Source of the DNA: Promethearchaeota archaeon
GTDB lineage: Archaea > Asgardarchaeota > Lokiarchaeia > Sigyniarchaeales > SOKP01
Direction: 5' to 3'
Length of the DNA stretch: 64,000 nucleotides
Assembly: GCA_048939995.1 (NCBI GenBank)
Contig: JBHLOY010000003.1
Coordinates: 96,001-160,000 of the forward strand
Below the pieces are notes generated by a model. That model had not been told where the DNA came from. It was given only the letters and a program-made list of their open reading frames with translations, and did no database searches. This document shows, one piece after another, positions 1 through 9,858 of this stretch. Positions within the stretch are counted from its first letter, which is position 1; each line of letters opens with the position of its first letter. Position numbers and translations under genes: made by a program.

Positions 1-1
1 A

Positions 2-487
2 TTACATGCGAAATCTGGAATCCCATTTAGTAAACTAGCAGAGTTACATGGCAATATGTATTTTATGAAGTGCCTAGATTGCTATAAGAAAATGACATTT
101 GAAGAGGCAGGGTGGGATAAATCTAAATGGGGTTCAGGATATAGAACTAATAGAGTACGCGAAAATCAACCAAAATGTCCTTATTGTGGTGGTAGAATCG
201 TTTCAAGCATAGTTAATTTTGGAGACTTACTGCCATATGATGAACTAGAAGAATCTAGAAAGCGCTCTGAAAATGCAGATACATTTTTTGTTATTGGATC
301 ATCTTTAGTGGTTACTCCCGCAGCTAATATGCCGGGTTATGCCAAGATGAATAGAGCTAAGTTAATTATTCTAAATAAAGGAGATACACCTTATGATTCT
401 GTGGCAGATATAAGATTTGATAATTTAATTGAAGATGTTTTGCCACCAATAATGGAAAAAGTAAGGAATCTTATAAAGAATCAATAG
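2..487 (+). CDS. cobB: Sir2/CobB-family NAD-dependent protein deacylase (5'-truncated by window edge)
   Basis: Frame is open from nt 2 (LHAKSG..ELHGNM). Zn motifs CLDC and CPYC, IVNFGD, IGSSLVVTPAA and ILNKGDTPYD are sirtuin motifs. Confidence 0.93.
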   Translation, partial: LHAKSGIPFSKLAELHGNMYFMKCLDCYKKMTFEEAGWDKSKWGSGYRTNRVRENQPKCPYCGGRIVSSIVNFGDLLPYDELEESRKRSENADTFFVIGSSLVVTPAANMPGYAKMNRAKLIILNKGDTPYDSVADIRFDNLIEDVLPPIMEKVRNLIKNQ

Positions 488-590
488 ATTTTTTAGTATT
501 AGTTTATAAATTGCGTTCGAAAATCTTCCTTGGTGGAGACCTATTTCTACATTAGATGGACTAATTATAGCAAAAATAAATAGAATAATT

Positions 591-2255
591 TTATTTTAAT
601 TTCCCATAAATATCTTTATGTCCATTATATTCTTTTAAGACTTTCTTGCCTTCTTTATGAGATAAGGATAACGTAATTTCGCTATTACGGCTTAAAGAGC
701 CTGCAAATATATGTCGATTATCAGCATAAACTATTATATTTCTACTAGCATATATAGGATCTGCCCTTAAAATTAACTTATTTCTTTGGACTTCTATATC
801 CAGATTAATCTTTTCATTATATGAATCTTTTTCATCAGTAAACTCTTCCAATCGTCTATATCTTTTTGAACTTACTGGTTTAATGGGATTAACAACAATA
901 TCTTGTCCAAAGGAATAAATTTCATACTCTAATTGTTTAGTCTTATAATCTCTTACTTCCACAACAGGTCTAGCAAGATCTTTATCTCTAAAACCATGTG
1001 GTACTTTTACAGTCATTTTTATAGCTAAAACTCTTGAAATATCTCCATCTTTTATAAATATTATAGTATCTATTATTGAAGGGAGCATACCAAGTTCTAT
1101 TCTCCCAATAAATCTTTGAATTGCGTCAATTGCGGATGAAGAATGCACAACACCAACCATACCTACTCCAGATAATCGAAAATCAGCATAAACTTGAAAA
1201 TCTTTTGTAGTTCTTACTTCATCAAATATGGTGAAATCAGGTCTCACTAATAAAAGTATATCTGCCGAATTTTCAAGGCTTCCTTCTAATTTAGTATATT
1301 GAGTAATTTCAGGAGTAACTTGTAAATCCCTTACACTCTCAAGTGTTTTCACGATTTTATTTTGTTGAGCATAGAAATTTGCTAGCGCTGCTGAAAAAGT
1401 ACTTTTACCAGCACCAGGTGAACCAGCAACTAGAATTCCTTCTGCCTTTTCCAGCCGTCTTCGTAACCTTGAGTCAATAGAATAATCTGATAGTGTCAAA
1501 TTAACAAGGGGACGTGTCGCAGTTATTTCAATATCATTTGAAAAAGGAGGACGAGTTATCACGATTCTAAACTCTCGTAGTTGGGCTACAACTGCACCAT
1601 ATTTTTCAATTTCAATGAATGAGTGAGTATCTTCGCGAGTAAATTCCACAATTTCCATCGCGATTTCTTCAAGCTGATCTTTAGATATTGATTCCTCTCT
1701 TACTATCTCTAAATACCAATTACCCGGACTACCCTTTTTAGCATAAGGAGGCAATTCTTGCTTTAAATGGACACTCATAGTATTTCCATCAAAAAATTTA
1801 ATTAATTGGAGTGAAGATGAATCAATTTTTGTCGGAGGGATTTTTTCCTTCACGGGCATTACTTCAATTCCCTCAAAAACTCCTACATCACCCTGAATTC
1901 TGTCCGAAGTGATTAAAATAGCCTTATTTTCGCGAGCAGATTCCCTAATTAAAGCATCTAATTCACCTCCAGGAGCCATTTTAATTTCTTCCCGAGTTGG
2001 CCTTTTGCCTATTAAATGTAATTGTATTTTATTTTCATTGTGGTATTGTCTAAGCCTTTTTAAAACATTCAAACCTAAAAATCCGATTTCCTTTTGAACA
2101 TTTGTTCGGTATTCAACTTCAGCTACAACAATATTAGGGATAAAGATTTCTGGATATTCACCTAATTCTCCATCTTCAATTAAATCCAAAATAAGTCCAT
2201 TAAAAATAACTGAAGTGTCACAGACAAACTTATCTGGCATATTCTTCATCATCAA
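591..2255 (-). CDS. PIN-domain/P-loop ATPase (PINA / MJ1533 family)
   Basis: N-terminal PIN domain (DTSVI..AEVE..LDALI..TSD), Walker A GSPGAGKST, DEVR, GVVHSSS and GRIELGMLP. Confidence 0.9.
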   Translation of the reverse strand: MMMKNMPDKFVCDTSVIFNGLILDLIEDGELGEYPEIFIPNIVVAEVEYRTNVQKEIGFLGLNVLKRLRQYHNENKIQLHLIGKRPTREEIKMAPGGELDALIRESARENKAILITSDRIQGDVGVFEGIEVMPVKEKIPPTKIDSSSLQLIKFFDGNTMSVHLKQELPPYAKKGSPGNWYLEIVREESISKDQLEEIAMEIVEFTREDTHSFIEIEKYGAVVAQLREFRIVITRPPFSNDIEITATRPLVNLTLSDYSIDSRLRRRLEKAEGILVAGSPGAGKSTFSAALANFYAQQNKIVKTLESVRDLQVTPEITQYTKLEGSLENSADILLLVRPDFTIFDEVRTTKDFQVYADFRLSGVGMVGVVHSSSAIDAIQRFIGRIELGMLPSIIDTIIFIKDGDISRVLAIKMTVKVPHGFRDKDLARPVVEVRDYKTKQLEYEIYSFGQDIVVNPIKPVSSKRYRRLEEFTDEKDSYNEKINLDIEVQRNKLILRADPIYASRNIIVYADNRHIFAGSLSRNSEITLSLSHKEGKKVLKEYNGHKDIYGKLK

Positions 2256-2847
2256 TATCTAATTTACTAATTAACTCAAACTTATTGACACTATAATAGA
2301 TTGGTTTGGATAGTCTATCAACTGTAGCAACGATTAAATCTTTTCTAGAGCTCATAGCAACTCGAGACATTTTGTCTAAATCCTTTAATTCGATTGGATA
2401 TCCTTCAAATACCGGATATATTAAATATTTTGCAGCATCTTCCTTTATATCTGCCCCTCTTTTGTAAACACGAAAATCAATCCCATTCCCATATCCTGCC
2501 CTAACAATATATCCCCTTTTTCGAAGATCCATATAAATAATATACTTTTGCCATAATCTGGAATCAAATTGAGTGAAATAAATCAATAAATTTTCAAAAT
2601 CATATACTTGATTATTTTTATTATTTTCTCTCCATAATAAAATTCTATTTCTTTCACATAAGAGGAGGACTTCGATTGGTTCTAAAACTAATATTTTATC
2701 ACCCTCTTCTCTCTCTTCTAAAGTTCCAATATAAGATCCATTGTAAAACTCTTCTATGGCTTCTTCATCAGAAATAATTACTTTATCTTTCTTGATAATT
2801 GCCTCGAACTGTGTTTTCTCTGCCTTTTCACTAGCTTTTTCTGTCAT
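2230..2847 (-). CDS. endA: tRNA-splicing endonuclease subunit, probably the structural type (catalytic His absent)
   Basis: YMDLRKRGYIV, G.DFRVYKRGA and RVAMSSRKDLIVATVD are EndA motifs. The expected H-S is replaced by A-A. Confidence 0.88.
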   Translation of the reverse strand: MTEKASEKAEKTQFEAIIKKDKVIISDEEAIEEFYNGSYIGTLEEREEGDKILVLEPIEVLLLCERNRILLWRENNKNNQVYDFENLLIYFTQFDSRLWQKYIIYMDLRKRGYIVRAGYGNGIDFRVYKRGADIKEDAAKYLIYPVFEGYPIELKDLDKMSRVAMSSRKDLIVATVDRLSKPIYYSVNKFELISKLDIDDEEYAR

Positions 2848-2907
2848 GTTCCCTAATTATTATAGACTTTGATATTTATTGAACTTAACCATAATGAAAA
2901 ATGTATA

Positions 2908-3789
2908 CTATATTGAACGAGCTATAATGAAATCTATTAATTTACCGAGGTGTTTAACATTTTCATAGACTTTTGGAGCTCTTTCTTCTAAATATCCTTT
3001 AAAAACTCCCCAATTCTCCTTATTACCTGAAGGTGCTTCAATTAATAACTTTTTAGCTTCATTAATATCATAAGTAAAAATGAGAGCATTATCAAGTTTG
3101 TTAGCATAATCACTTAATAAAAATATATAAAACTCATTTAGATCCCAAGGATTTAATACATAAGCGGGTTTATTTCCATCTCCTGCATTTTTCCCTCTCA
3201 ATAGCCGAGTATCTACTTGTGTTGGCAATACCATATTAAAATTGATATTTTCTTTTTTATATTCTGTAGCCATAGATTTCTGCATTCCAACCACTGCATA
3301 TTTAGTGGCAACATAAGCAGTAAGCCTTGGTGGAGCGTTCGGATAAGCTTCACTTCCAGTTATTATGAATCTTGCTTTTTTATTTTTATCTTCTTTATCC
3401 ATATAAGGATAAGCTGCTTTAAATGTGAAAAATACTCCTAATACATTAGCGTTTAAAATTTCAGAGAATTTCTCATTATTAAATTCATGAGTTGCCCACA
3501 TGCGTGAATAACCAGCATTTGCAATGACTCCATTTAAAGGGCCAAACTCTTCATAAAAGAATTTAAATGCTGCCATTACTTCGTCATATTTGCTAATATC
3601 TGCAACTTTAATTACTACTTTCACATCAGTTCCAAGAGCGATGATCTCCTTTTTAGTTTGGTTTAATTCCTCTAATGTACGTGAGGTTAGCCCAACCTTT
3701 GCCCCTTCTTTAGCGCAAGCTATAGCAACGGCTTTTCCTATACCTCTTCCAGAACCAGTAATTACAACATTTTTACCTTTTAATAACAT
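2908..3789 (-). CDS. Short-chain dehydrogenase/reductase (SDR)
   Basis: TGSGRGIG, NAG and YVATK (YxxxK) motifs. Confidence 0.93.
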   Translation of the reverse strand: MLLKGKNVVITGSGRGIGKAVAIACAKEGAKVGLTSRTLEELNQTKKEIIALGTDVKVVIKVADISKYDEVMAAFKFFYEEFGPLNGVIANAGYSRMWATHEFNNEKFSEILNANVLGVFFTFKAAYPYMDKEDKNKKARFIITGSEAYPNAPPRLTAYVATKYAVVGMQKSMATEYKKENINFNMVLPTQVDTRLLRGKNAGDGNKPAYVLNPWDLNEFYIFLLSDYANKLDNALIFTYDINEAKKLLIEAPSGNKENWGVFKGYLEERAPKVYENVKHLGKLIDFIIARSI

Positions 3790-3875
3790 AAGTGAATCAA
3801 AAATTTTTGAAATAAAAGATTTACTTTAATTAATAATAAAATAATTAATAGTTATTCAACTTTTTTCTCTTAATA

Positions 3876-4475
3876 ATGAATGAATTATATGAAAAACTTA
3901 AGATTCGCTTGAAACATGCATCCAAAATTATATTTATGGGAATTGGAGAGGAGAAGTTAAGAGATGATGGTGTCGGCCCATACATTATTGGTGAACTCTT
4001 AACTCACTTTAACATGGAAAATCTCCTTAATAAAATGATTCTATTTATAAATGCTGGAACTGATCCTATGGCAAGAGTTGATGAAATTGTTAAATTTAAC
4101 CCCTCACATCTAATCCTCCTAGATACTTGTACATTAAGTAAACCCCCTGGAACTATTGCAATCCTTGAACGTGAGAATATTAGCGAATTTGTCCCTATAT
4201 CATCGCATACGGTTCCAATTCATATAGTCATGGATTTTATTATAAAGCAAACTCCAATGCTAGACATATTTATGATTGGCTTTGTACCCGAAAGCCTTGA
4301 AGGATTTGAAAATTTACAATTCTATAAAGCAGATAAAATTAGTGATGATCAGATGAGTGAGAATATTGATCTCCCTTTTTTTAAGATTAACTTGACTAAA
4401 AAATTAGAGAAAGCAGCACTCGAAGTTATTAATATTATAAAAAGATTAATTAATGACTTAATTCCAAAAATATAA
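3876..4475 (+). CDS. hycI: Hydrogenase maturation protease (HycI family)
   Basis: GIGEEKLRDDGVG, LILLD and SSHTVP motifs. Confidence 0.85.
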   Translation: MNELYEKLKIRLKHASKIIFMGIGEEKLRDDGVGPYIIGELLTHFNMENLLNKMILFINAGTDPMARVDEIVKFNPSHLILLDTCTLSKPPGTIAILERENISEFVPISSHTVPIHIVMDFIIKQTPMLDIFMIGFVPESLEGFENLQFYKADKISDDQMSENIDLPFFKINLTKKLEKAALEVINIIKRLINDLIPKI

Positions 4476-4548
4476 TAATTCCCTTTTTAATCTCTATTTA
4501 GTTAAAGTTAAACATAATGAAAAGAAAGAGAAAGAAATAAGAAATTAT

Positions 4549-4803
4549 TTATAATCCGCCCGCTTGGGTGGCCATAACAGTTATTACATCCTTTTTTGGA
4601 TGAATTCCTACTTTTGCGAATTTAAGATCATCTGGAAGTACCTTGCCTTTAAAAATGAATTGTATTGCTAAAATTGGGTTCAATTTGTATTCTCTCTGAA
4701 CAGTTTTTTTAATATCTGCAATAGATTGGTTTGGATCAACTTCAATTAACTTTATAGCCTGATCTGGTGGTACTCCAGTAAGTCTAAACCGATATTGAGT
4801 CAT
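4549..4803 (-). CDS. Ubiquitin-like (beta-grasp) protein with C-terminal GG-L
   Basis: 84 aa. IEVDPNQSIADIK and FIFKGKVL resemble ubiquitin LEVEPSDTIENVK and LIFAGKQL. Ends QAGGL. Confidence 0.85.
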   Translation of the reverse strand: MTQYRFRLTGVPPDQAIKLIEVDPNQSIADIKKTVQREYKLNPILAIQFIFKGKVLPDDLKFAKVGIHPKKDVITVMATQAGGL

Positions 4804-4956
4804 TTTATATCAACTAAATTTTTATTTATAATTTTATATATAAATAAATGTATATTAACAAAAATAAAAGGTCAGCGGTCTTGTAAGTTGTACTAAAGTT
4901 TAAATTGATTCATATCTATCGACAAAAACCAAATTGGCTTTATTAAGCAATCTTAC

Positions 4957-5154
4957 TTAAAACTTAAAGGGTTCTGGAGGTTGGCCCGGAGGACCTGGCG
5001 GATTTGGTGGTGGGAATGGGCTAGGTTGAGGTGATGGTTGAATTGGTAACCGACTTAATCTATTTTCAATCAATGAAATACGATTTTCTAATTCATTTAA
5101 TCTCTTTTCAATTTTATTAATTTTTTCCAATAAGTTTGGGTTTTCTATTGTCAT
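4957..5154 (-). CDS. Small coiled-coil plus proline-rich protein
   Basis: Heptad pattern LEKINKIEKRLNELENRISLIENRL followed by PSPQPSPFPPPNPPGPPGQPPEP. ATG start, and it fills the gap between genes. Confidence 0.7.
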   Translation of the reverse strand: MTIENPNLLEKINKIEKRLNELENRISLIENRLSRLPIQPSPQPSPFPPPNPPGPPGQPPEPFKF

Positions 5155-5328
5155 TATATATCAAATTAAAAATTTTATAGACTGATATTTATTCTTAACT
5201 CTCTATCAAAGAATTAAAAATAAGAATATTAATAAACCAAATTTGTATTAATTAGTATTTTATTTTTTTTTGGTTTTAGTACAGAAAAAAAGTATAATTT
5301 TATATTTTAAGATCTTTACTTAATTATT

Positions 5329-6432
5329 ATGGAAAGTTGGAATATTTCAAAAAAGTTAAAGAGTGAGTTACTCAAAAAGTCTAGTAGTATTGAAGATAAT
5401 AGTAGGAGGATATTGTACATTCTTAGAAACTTAGGTCCACAGAGATTTACTAATATTATAAAATATTCAAATTTAAGTAGATCGACTGTATCTAAATATT
5501 TAAATTTACATCGAAAAGAAAAAAATGTTGAACAAAGGTTAATTACTGATAAAGAAACCAGTAAACAATATCAAGGTTATGTTATCACTGAAAAAGGTGT
5601 AGAAAAATTAGGAGAGGGCCCTTTAAGATTAAAAGATGAACTTTATATAATTAATGAATTAAAAAAAAATGTTCGAAAACTAGAAGATTTAATCGAATTT
5701 TATAAAAAAGTAAATGTAGAAGACCCGTTTATAATTCATATAGTACGTATTATCTCTAAAATAGGTGACAACTTTTTTGAATTACATCAAGATAGAGATC
5801 TATATTTATCTCTTTTTTATATCTTCTATAATTCTATTTTAGGGCAAGGAGCTTTAGCACGAAAATATTGGCATTTTGAAGATTCTAGTCCTCAAAAGTT
5901 TGCTGGCTATAAATTGAATTTAGACCAATTTTGTGAATTATATCACGTTTCCAAAGAAGCAATTAACTATTTAGCTCGAATTAAATTAATTAATCCCGAT
6001 TTTGGATTTTATCTAATTAAGCGTGAAAAAAATGATTTCTTCTTCCATGAAGAAGATCTTTTGGGTACCACAACGATTCGATTAATTAAAGATCGATTAA
6101 TAGATGAAATAATTAATCTTCAGGAAGGAATCTATGATATGATCTATGATCTAGATATCATTGCCGAAGATATAACCAACCAATTAAAAGAAATGGGTTT
6201 AATATGGAATGCTATAAAAGAGCAATTTCAATTATTGGTTATAAATCTTATAATTAAGAATGCAATAGAAATGGGTTTTCTAGATATTGAACGCGAAAAA
6301 TTAATGGAAGGAATTGCTCAATCAAAAAAATTAGCAATGTCTAAAGAAGGAAAAATCCTTCAAAAGTCAATTTTAAAAGGTTCAAAAATTGAAGCAAATC
6401 TTAATGTTCTTAGTCTAATTTTAGAAGGGTAA
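5329..6432 (+). CDS. Winged-helix DNA-binding domain protein
   Basis: N-terminal wHTH (RFTNIIKYSNLSRSTVSKYL...YVITEKG). The C-terminal region is not recognised. Confidence 0.75.
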   Translation: MESWNISKKLKSELLKKSSSIEDNSRRILYILRNLGPQRFTNIIKYSNLSRSTVSKYLNLHRKEKNVEQRLITDKETSKQYQGYVITEKGVEKLGEGPLRLKDELYIINELKKNVRKLEDLIEFYKKVNVEDPFIIHIVRIISKIGDNFFELHQDRDLYLSLFYIFYNSILGQGALARKYWHFEDSSPQKFAGYKLNLDQFCELYHVSKEAINYLARIKLINPDFGFYLIKREKNDFFFHEEDLLGTTTIRLIKDRLIDEIINLQEGIYDMIYDLDIIAEDITNQLKEMGLIWNAIKEQFQLLVINLIIKNAIEMGFLDIEREKLMEGIAQSKKLAMSKEGKILQKSILKGSKIEANLNVLSLILEG

Positions 6433-6481
6433 CTTATGGCAACTAATTACCAAATCCAGAAAGACTAGAGTTTTAATATGT

Positions 6482-7030
6482 CATAAACTTAGAATATTAG
6501 AACTTAATAATAATCGTTTGAATAATTTAAAAAATCTTGAAAAATTATCGCTTAGGAACAATTTAATAGAGGAAATTTGTGATTTAAATGGGCTCAATCA
6601 CTTAGAGTATCTTGATCTTTCAGGAAATGTTGGTATCAATGAAATTCTAGATTCTCTAAAAGATCACCCGTCATTAAAAACATTAAAATTATCTGGGTGC
6701 CCCCTTAAGAAATATTCAGCCTCCGTGTCAAAATTTTTTTGGATGGAAGCTAATTATAGCTACTATTCCAATTATTCCTCAAAGGATACTATTCAATACC
6801 AACGTATCTTTAATAGAAACCCTCAATATGGCAATAGAGTTTATAAACATTTCGTAAAATAGTTATTAAATATCAAATCGATTAAATTTAAATTAACATG
6901 TAGTTACGAAACCATTATTCAGTATGAAAATGAAACAAATAAGAGTGCTATTTGGAGTGGTAAGGCCACAAAAGCTTTTATGAAGTGGTTATATGAAAAA
7001 AAGCAAACAAGGATTACTGATTTCTTATGA
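6482..7030 (+). pseudogene. Leucine-rich-repeat protein remnant with an in-frame TAG at 6860-6862
   Basis: LRR units LRILELNNNRL, LEKLSLRNNLI, LEYLDLSGN and LKTLKLSGC. The frame continues 55 codons past the TAG to TGA at 7028-7030. No ATG precedes the first LRR. Confidence 0.7.
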
Positions 7031-7969
7031 AATATTTAACATTTTCTCAATCGGTTTTAAAGCTCTTTTAGCGATGTCCGAAGGCACTTTTACTTCATAA
7101 GGCTTATCTTCTAGATTTTCCAAAATATATTTAATCAATTCAAGATTGTGCTTTTTCATATTGTAGCAGATTAATTTATCCCTTGCTAATTGTAGATTTG
7201 TTTCTGGAAAATCCTGTTTCAAGCGTTCTAATAATCCAACCTCAGTTCCAATTATGAATTCACTAACTTTTAAAGAGTTTTCTTTAACATAATTATACAT
7301 CCGTGTGGTAGAGCCAACAAAATCTGCCATATTTCTTACTTCTCTTACACATTCAGGGTGAACAAGAAGTTTTGCTTGAGGATACTTAGCCTTTATGGTA
7401 TGAATATCTTCTACTGTAATTTGCGAGTGAACATAACAATGTCCATTATCAGGCATTTTAATAGTTTTAATATTAGATAATTCTTCAGCATAATCTGCCA
7501 AATTGGCGTCGGGTCCGAAAAGAACTGCATTAACGTTATATTCTTTACTAATGTTTTTAACAACTTTTACAGCATTAGATGATGTACAGCAAACATCAGA
7601 TTCAGCCTTCACTGCTGCAGTTGAATTTATATATACTACCGTAGGTAAATCAGGAAATCTTTGTTTAAAATCTAATACTTTTTCAGGAGTCAAAAAAGCT
7701 GCCATGGGGCAACAAGATTCGGGATTTGGGATTAGAACATGCTTATCTTGGTTCAAAATTGATGCTGTTTCAGCCATGAAATCAACTCCTGCAAATATAA
7801 TGTATTCTGTATGAATTCTTTCCTTGGCTATCCGAGATAAGCCAAGAGAGTCACCTAGATAATCTGCGATTTCCTGGATTTCAATAGGTTGATAATAATG
7901 TCCCAAAATTGTCACATCGTTACTTTTTTTTAATTTTAACACTTCTTCTTGAAGTTGACTAAATTTCAA
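7025..7969 (-). CDS. nadA: Quinolinate synthase A
   Basis: HYYQ, GDSL, GVDFMAETA, CPMA, YINS, CTSSNA, CYVH, HPEC and CYNMK motifs. Confidence 0.96.
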   Translation of the reverse strand: MKFSQLQEEVLKLKKSNDVTILGHYYQPIEIQEIADYLGDSLGLSRIAKERIHTEYIIFAGVDFMAETASILNQDKHVLIPNPESCCPMAAFLTPEKVLDFKQRFPDLPTVVYINSTAAVKAESDVCCTSSNAVKVVKNISKEYNVNAVLFGPDANLADYAEELSNIKTIKMPDNGHCYVHSQITVEDIHTIKAKYPQAKLLVHPECVREVRNMADFVGSTTRMYNYVKENSLKVSEFIIGTEVGLLERLKQDFPETNLQLARDKLICYNMKKHNLELIKYILENLEDKPYEVKVPSDIAKRALKPIEKMLNIS

Positions 7970-7972
7970 ACT

Positions 7973-9193
7973 CTATCTCACCTTAGAAATAAGATTATAT
8001 TTTTTACTAATTTCAAGGAATGAATTTACAAAATGTTTTACTTGGTTCCACGTTAGACCATAGGTATTGAACTTCATTTCTGTAGAAATTCCAGGAGCTA
8101 ATCCAATAATACCTCTCTCCTTAAATTCATCCCTTACAAAAAAACCTTTCCGAGAATGAGTCTCAGCAATTTTGGCAAAAGAATTTGTTTCAAGATTGGT
8201 TAAAGGATGAATTTTTGGTAACTTTCCCATAATATCAATCCCTTTTATATTTCTAATGTTTTCAATAACAAAATTAGCTTTTTTTGATTCTTTTCTCACA
8301 ACTTCTATTTGAGTCCTCTTTACTATCGAAGGAAAACTTGCCATTAAAGTAATTAAAGGTGCTCCATAAACAGGAGGACATCCCATTAAATTGCAAATTT
8401 TATTTGGGAATGATTTTGATGTCAAATTTCCTTGGATTTGGGAACTTACCATGATGTCATTATAATAGTCATCATTAAATCCAAGAAGTCCTATTGGACC
8501 CGAAGCAGCCATAGATTTGTGTCCACTACATACAACAAAATCTATATTATTAGCTTTACAGTCTATTGGTAAAATCCCAGCTGAATACGCGGCATTCAAA
8601 AGAAAGGGAATCTCATAACTTCGACAGATATCTCCTATTGGCTTCGGATCGTTAAAATTTCCGTACTTATAGTCCACATGAGTTAATAATACTAATAATG
8701 GTAATTGACCTGTTTCTTTCTTAACTGCATCAATCGTCTTTTTGTAATCCTCACTATTAATATTAAATTCTGGGCCAGCTGAATTTGGAACCTCCCTAAC
8801 TTTTAATTTATTTGACTCAATCGCTAAATATGTTGTATAATGGGCTAAACTGTCTATTATTACTGTCTTTCTTTTTGGATACTTTTCTGATAGAGATTTA
8901 ATTACAAGACGTTTTGATTCTCTAGCAGCTGCCGTAGGACTTACATTATCTATATTTAAGAAATTAGCCATATCATGCAAAAAGTCAACAACAGGAGGGT
9001 TTTTAATTTCATCAATTCGGCCTTTTAGGCAATTATCGCATATTGAGTATCCGTCTCCATAGTGTATTAATGCCTTATACGCTTCTGGCGTTAAGAGACC
9101 TCCTCTTTGAATAGGATGGATATTAATAAATTCCTCATTTACAAATCGAGAAAGCTTAGCATATTTTTGAACAAGAGTATTGCTATATTCCAT
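7973..9193 (-). CDS. pscS: O-phospho-L-seryl-tRNA:Cys-tRNA synthase (SepCysS)
   Basis: PIQRGG, GDGYSICDNC, AHYTT, THVDYKYGN, PLP-lysine motif SGHKSMAASGPIG and LMGC. Confidence 0.93.
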   Translation of the reverse strand: MEYSNTLVQKYAKLSRFVNEEFINIHPIQRGGLLTPEAYKALIHYGDGYSICDNCLKGRIDEIKNPPVVDFLHDMANFLNIDNVSPTAAARESKRLVIKSLSEKYPKRKTVIIDSLAHYTTYLAIESNKLKVREVPNSAGPEFNINSEDYKKTIDAVKKETGQLPLLVLLTHVDYKYGNFNDPKPIGDICRSYEIPFLLNAAYSAGILPIDCKANNIDFVVCSGHKSMAASGPIGLLGFNDDYYNDIMVSSQIQGNLTSKSFPNKICNLMGCPPVYGAPLITLMASFPSIVKRTQIEVVRKESKKANFVIENIRNIKGIDIMGKLPKIHPLTNLETNSFAKIAETHSRKGFFVRDEFKERGIIGLAPGISTEMKFNTYGLTWNQVKHFVNSFLEISKKYNLISKVR

Positions 9194-9312
9194 GATATCC
9201 CATTTGACAAATAATATTTGAATAAATCACATTTCTTGATTAGAAATAGTATTTTACTTTATAAAAATTAAAACATTATATCGCATCATTCTATTCAATT
9301 TAGTGATAAAAT

Positions 9313-9858
9313 TTGCCAATAGTAATGCCAAGTCCTCAGACTGGAAAGAAACCTCAAATAGATGAAACTGTGTTTATAGCACCCACAGCTGTTATTATAG
9401 GGGATGTGACAATCGATAGAGGCACAAATGTTTGGTTTGGAGCTGTTTTGAGAGGAGACTGGGGAACAATCACAATAGGAAAGAATTCTAGTATCCAAGA
9501 TAATGTTACGATACATAATGAAATGGGCTCAAAGGTTAAAATCGGTGATGATTGTATAATAGGTCATCATGCAATGATACATGGACCTTGTACAATAGAA
9601 AATGGCTGCGTAGTAGGTATAGGCTCTAATATTTTACATAATTCTAAGATGGGAGAAGGATCTCAAGTCGGTGCTGGAGCAGTTTTAGTAAATAAGGAGA
9701 TTCCTCCTAGAGTATTAGCTGTCGGGGTTCCTGCAGAAATAAAAAAGGAATTATCTCAAACTGGTGAGTTGATAGGAAAAAAAACTTCAGTGGATTATAC
9801 AAGAAATGGAAAGCTCTTCAAGGAGTTCTATAGCAATAATCCAGAATATTTAAAATAA
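9313..9858 (+). CDS. Gamma carbonic anhydrase-like hexapeptide-repeat protein
   Basis: IAPTAVIIGDV, VWFGAVLRGD, IQDNVTIH and IGHHAMIHG motifs. Confidence 0.92.
   Translation: MPIVMPSPQTGKKPQIDETVFIAPTAVIIGDVTIDRGTNVWFGAVLRGDWGTITIGKNSSIQDNVTIHNEMGSKVKIGDDCIIGHHAMIHGPCTIENGCVVGIGSNILHNSKMGEGSQVGAGAVLVNKEIPPRVLAVGVPAEIKKELSQTGELIGKKTSVDYTRNGKLFKEFYSNNPEYLK

Noticed and set aside
3876-4475. HycI as the processing protease for the neighbouring Ubl
   Set aside because: The genes are convergent and the motifs are ordinary hydrogenase-maturation motifs. Nothing beyond adjacency supports it.
6860-6862. Pyrrolysine or amber recoding in the LRR gene
   Set aside because: The repeat context predicts Trp (TGG to TAG), the 5' end is also decayed, and TAG is used as a normal stop elsewhere in the window.
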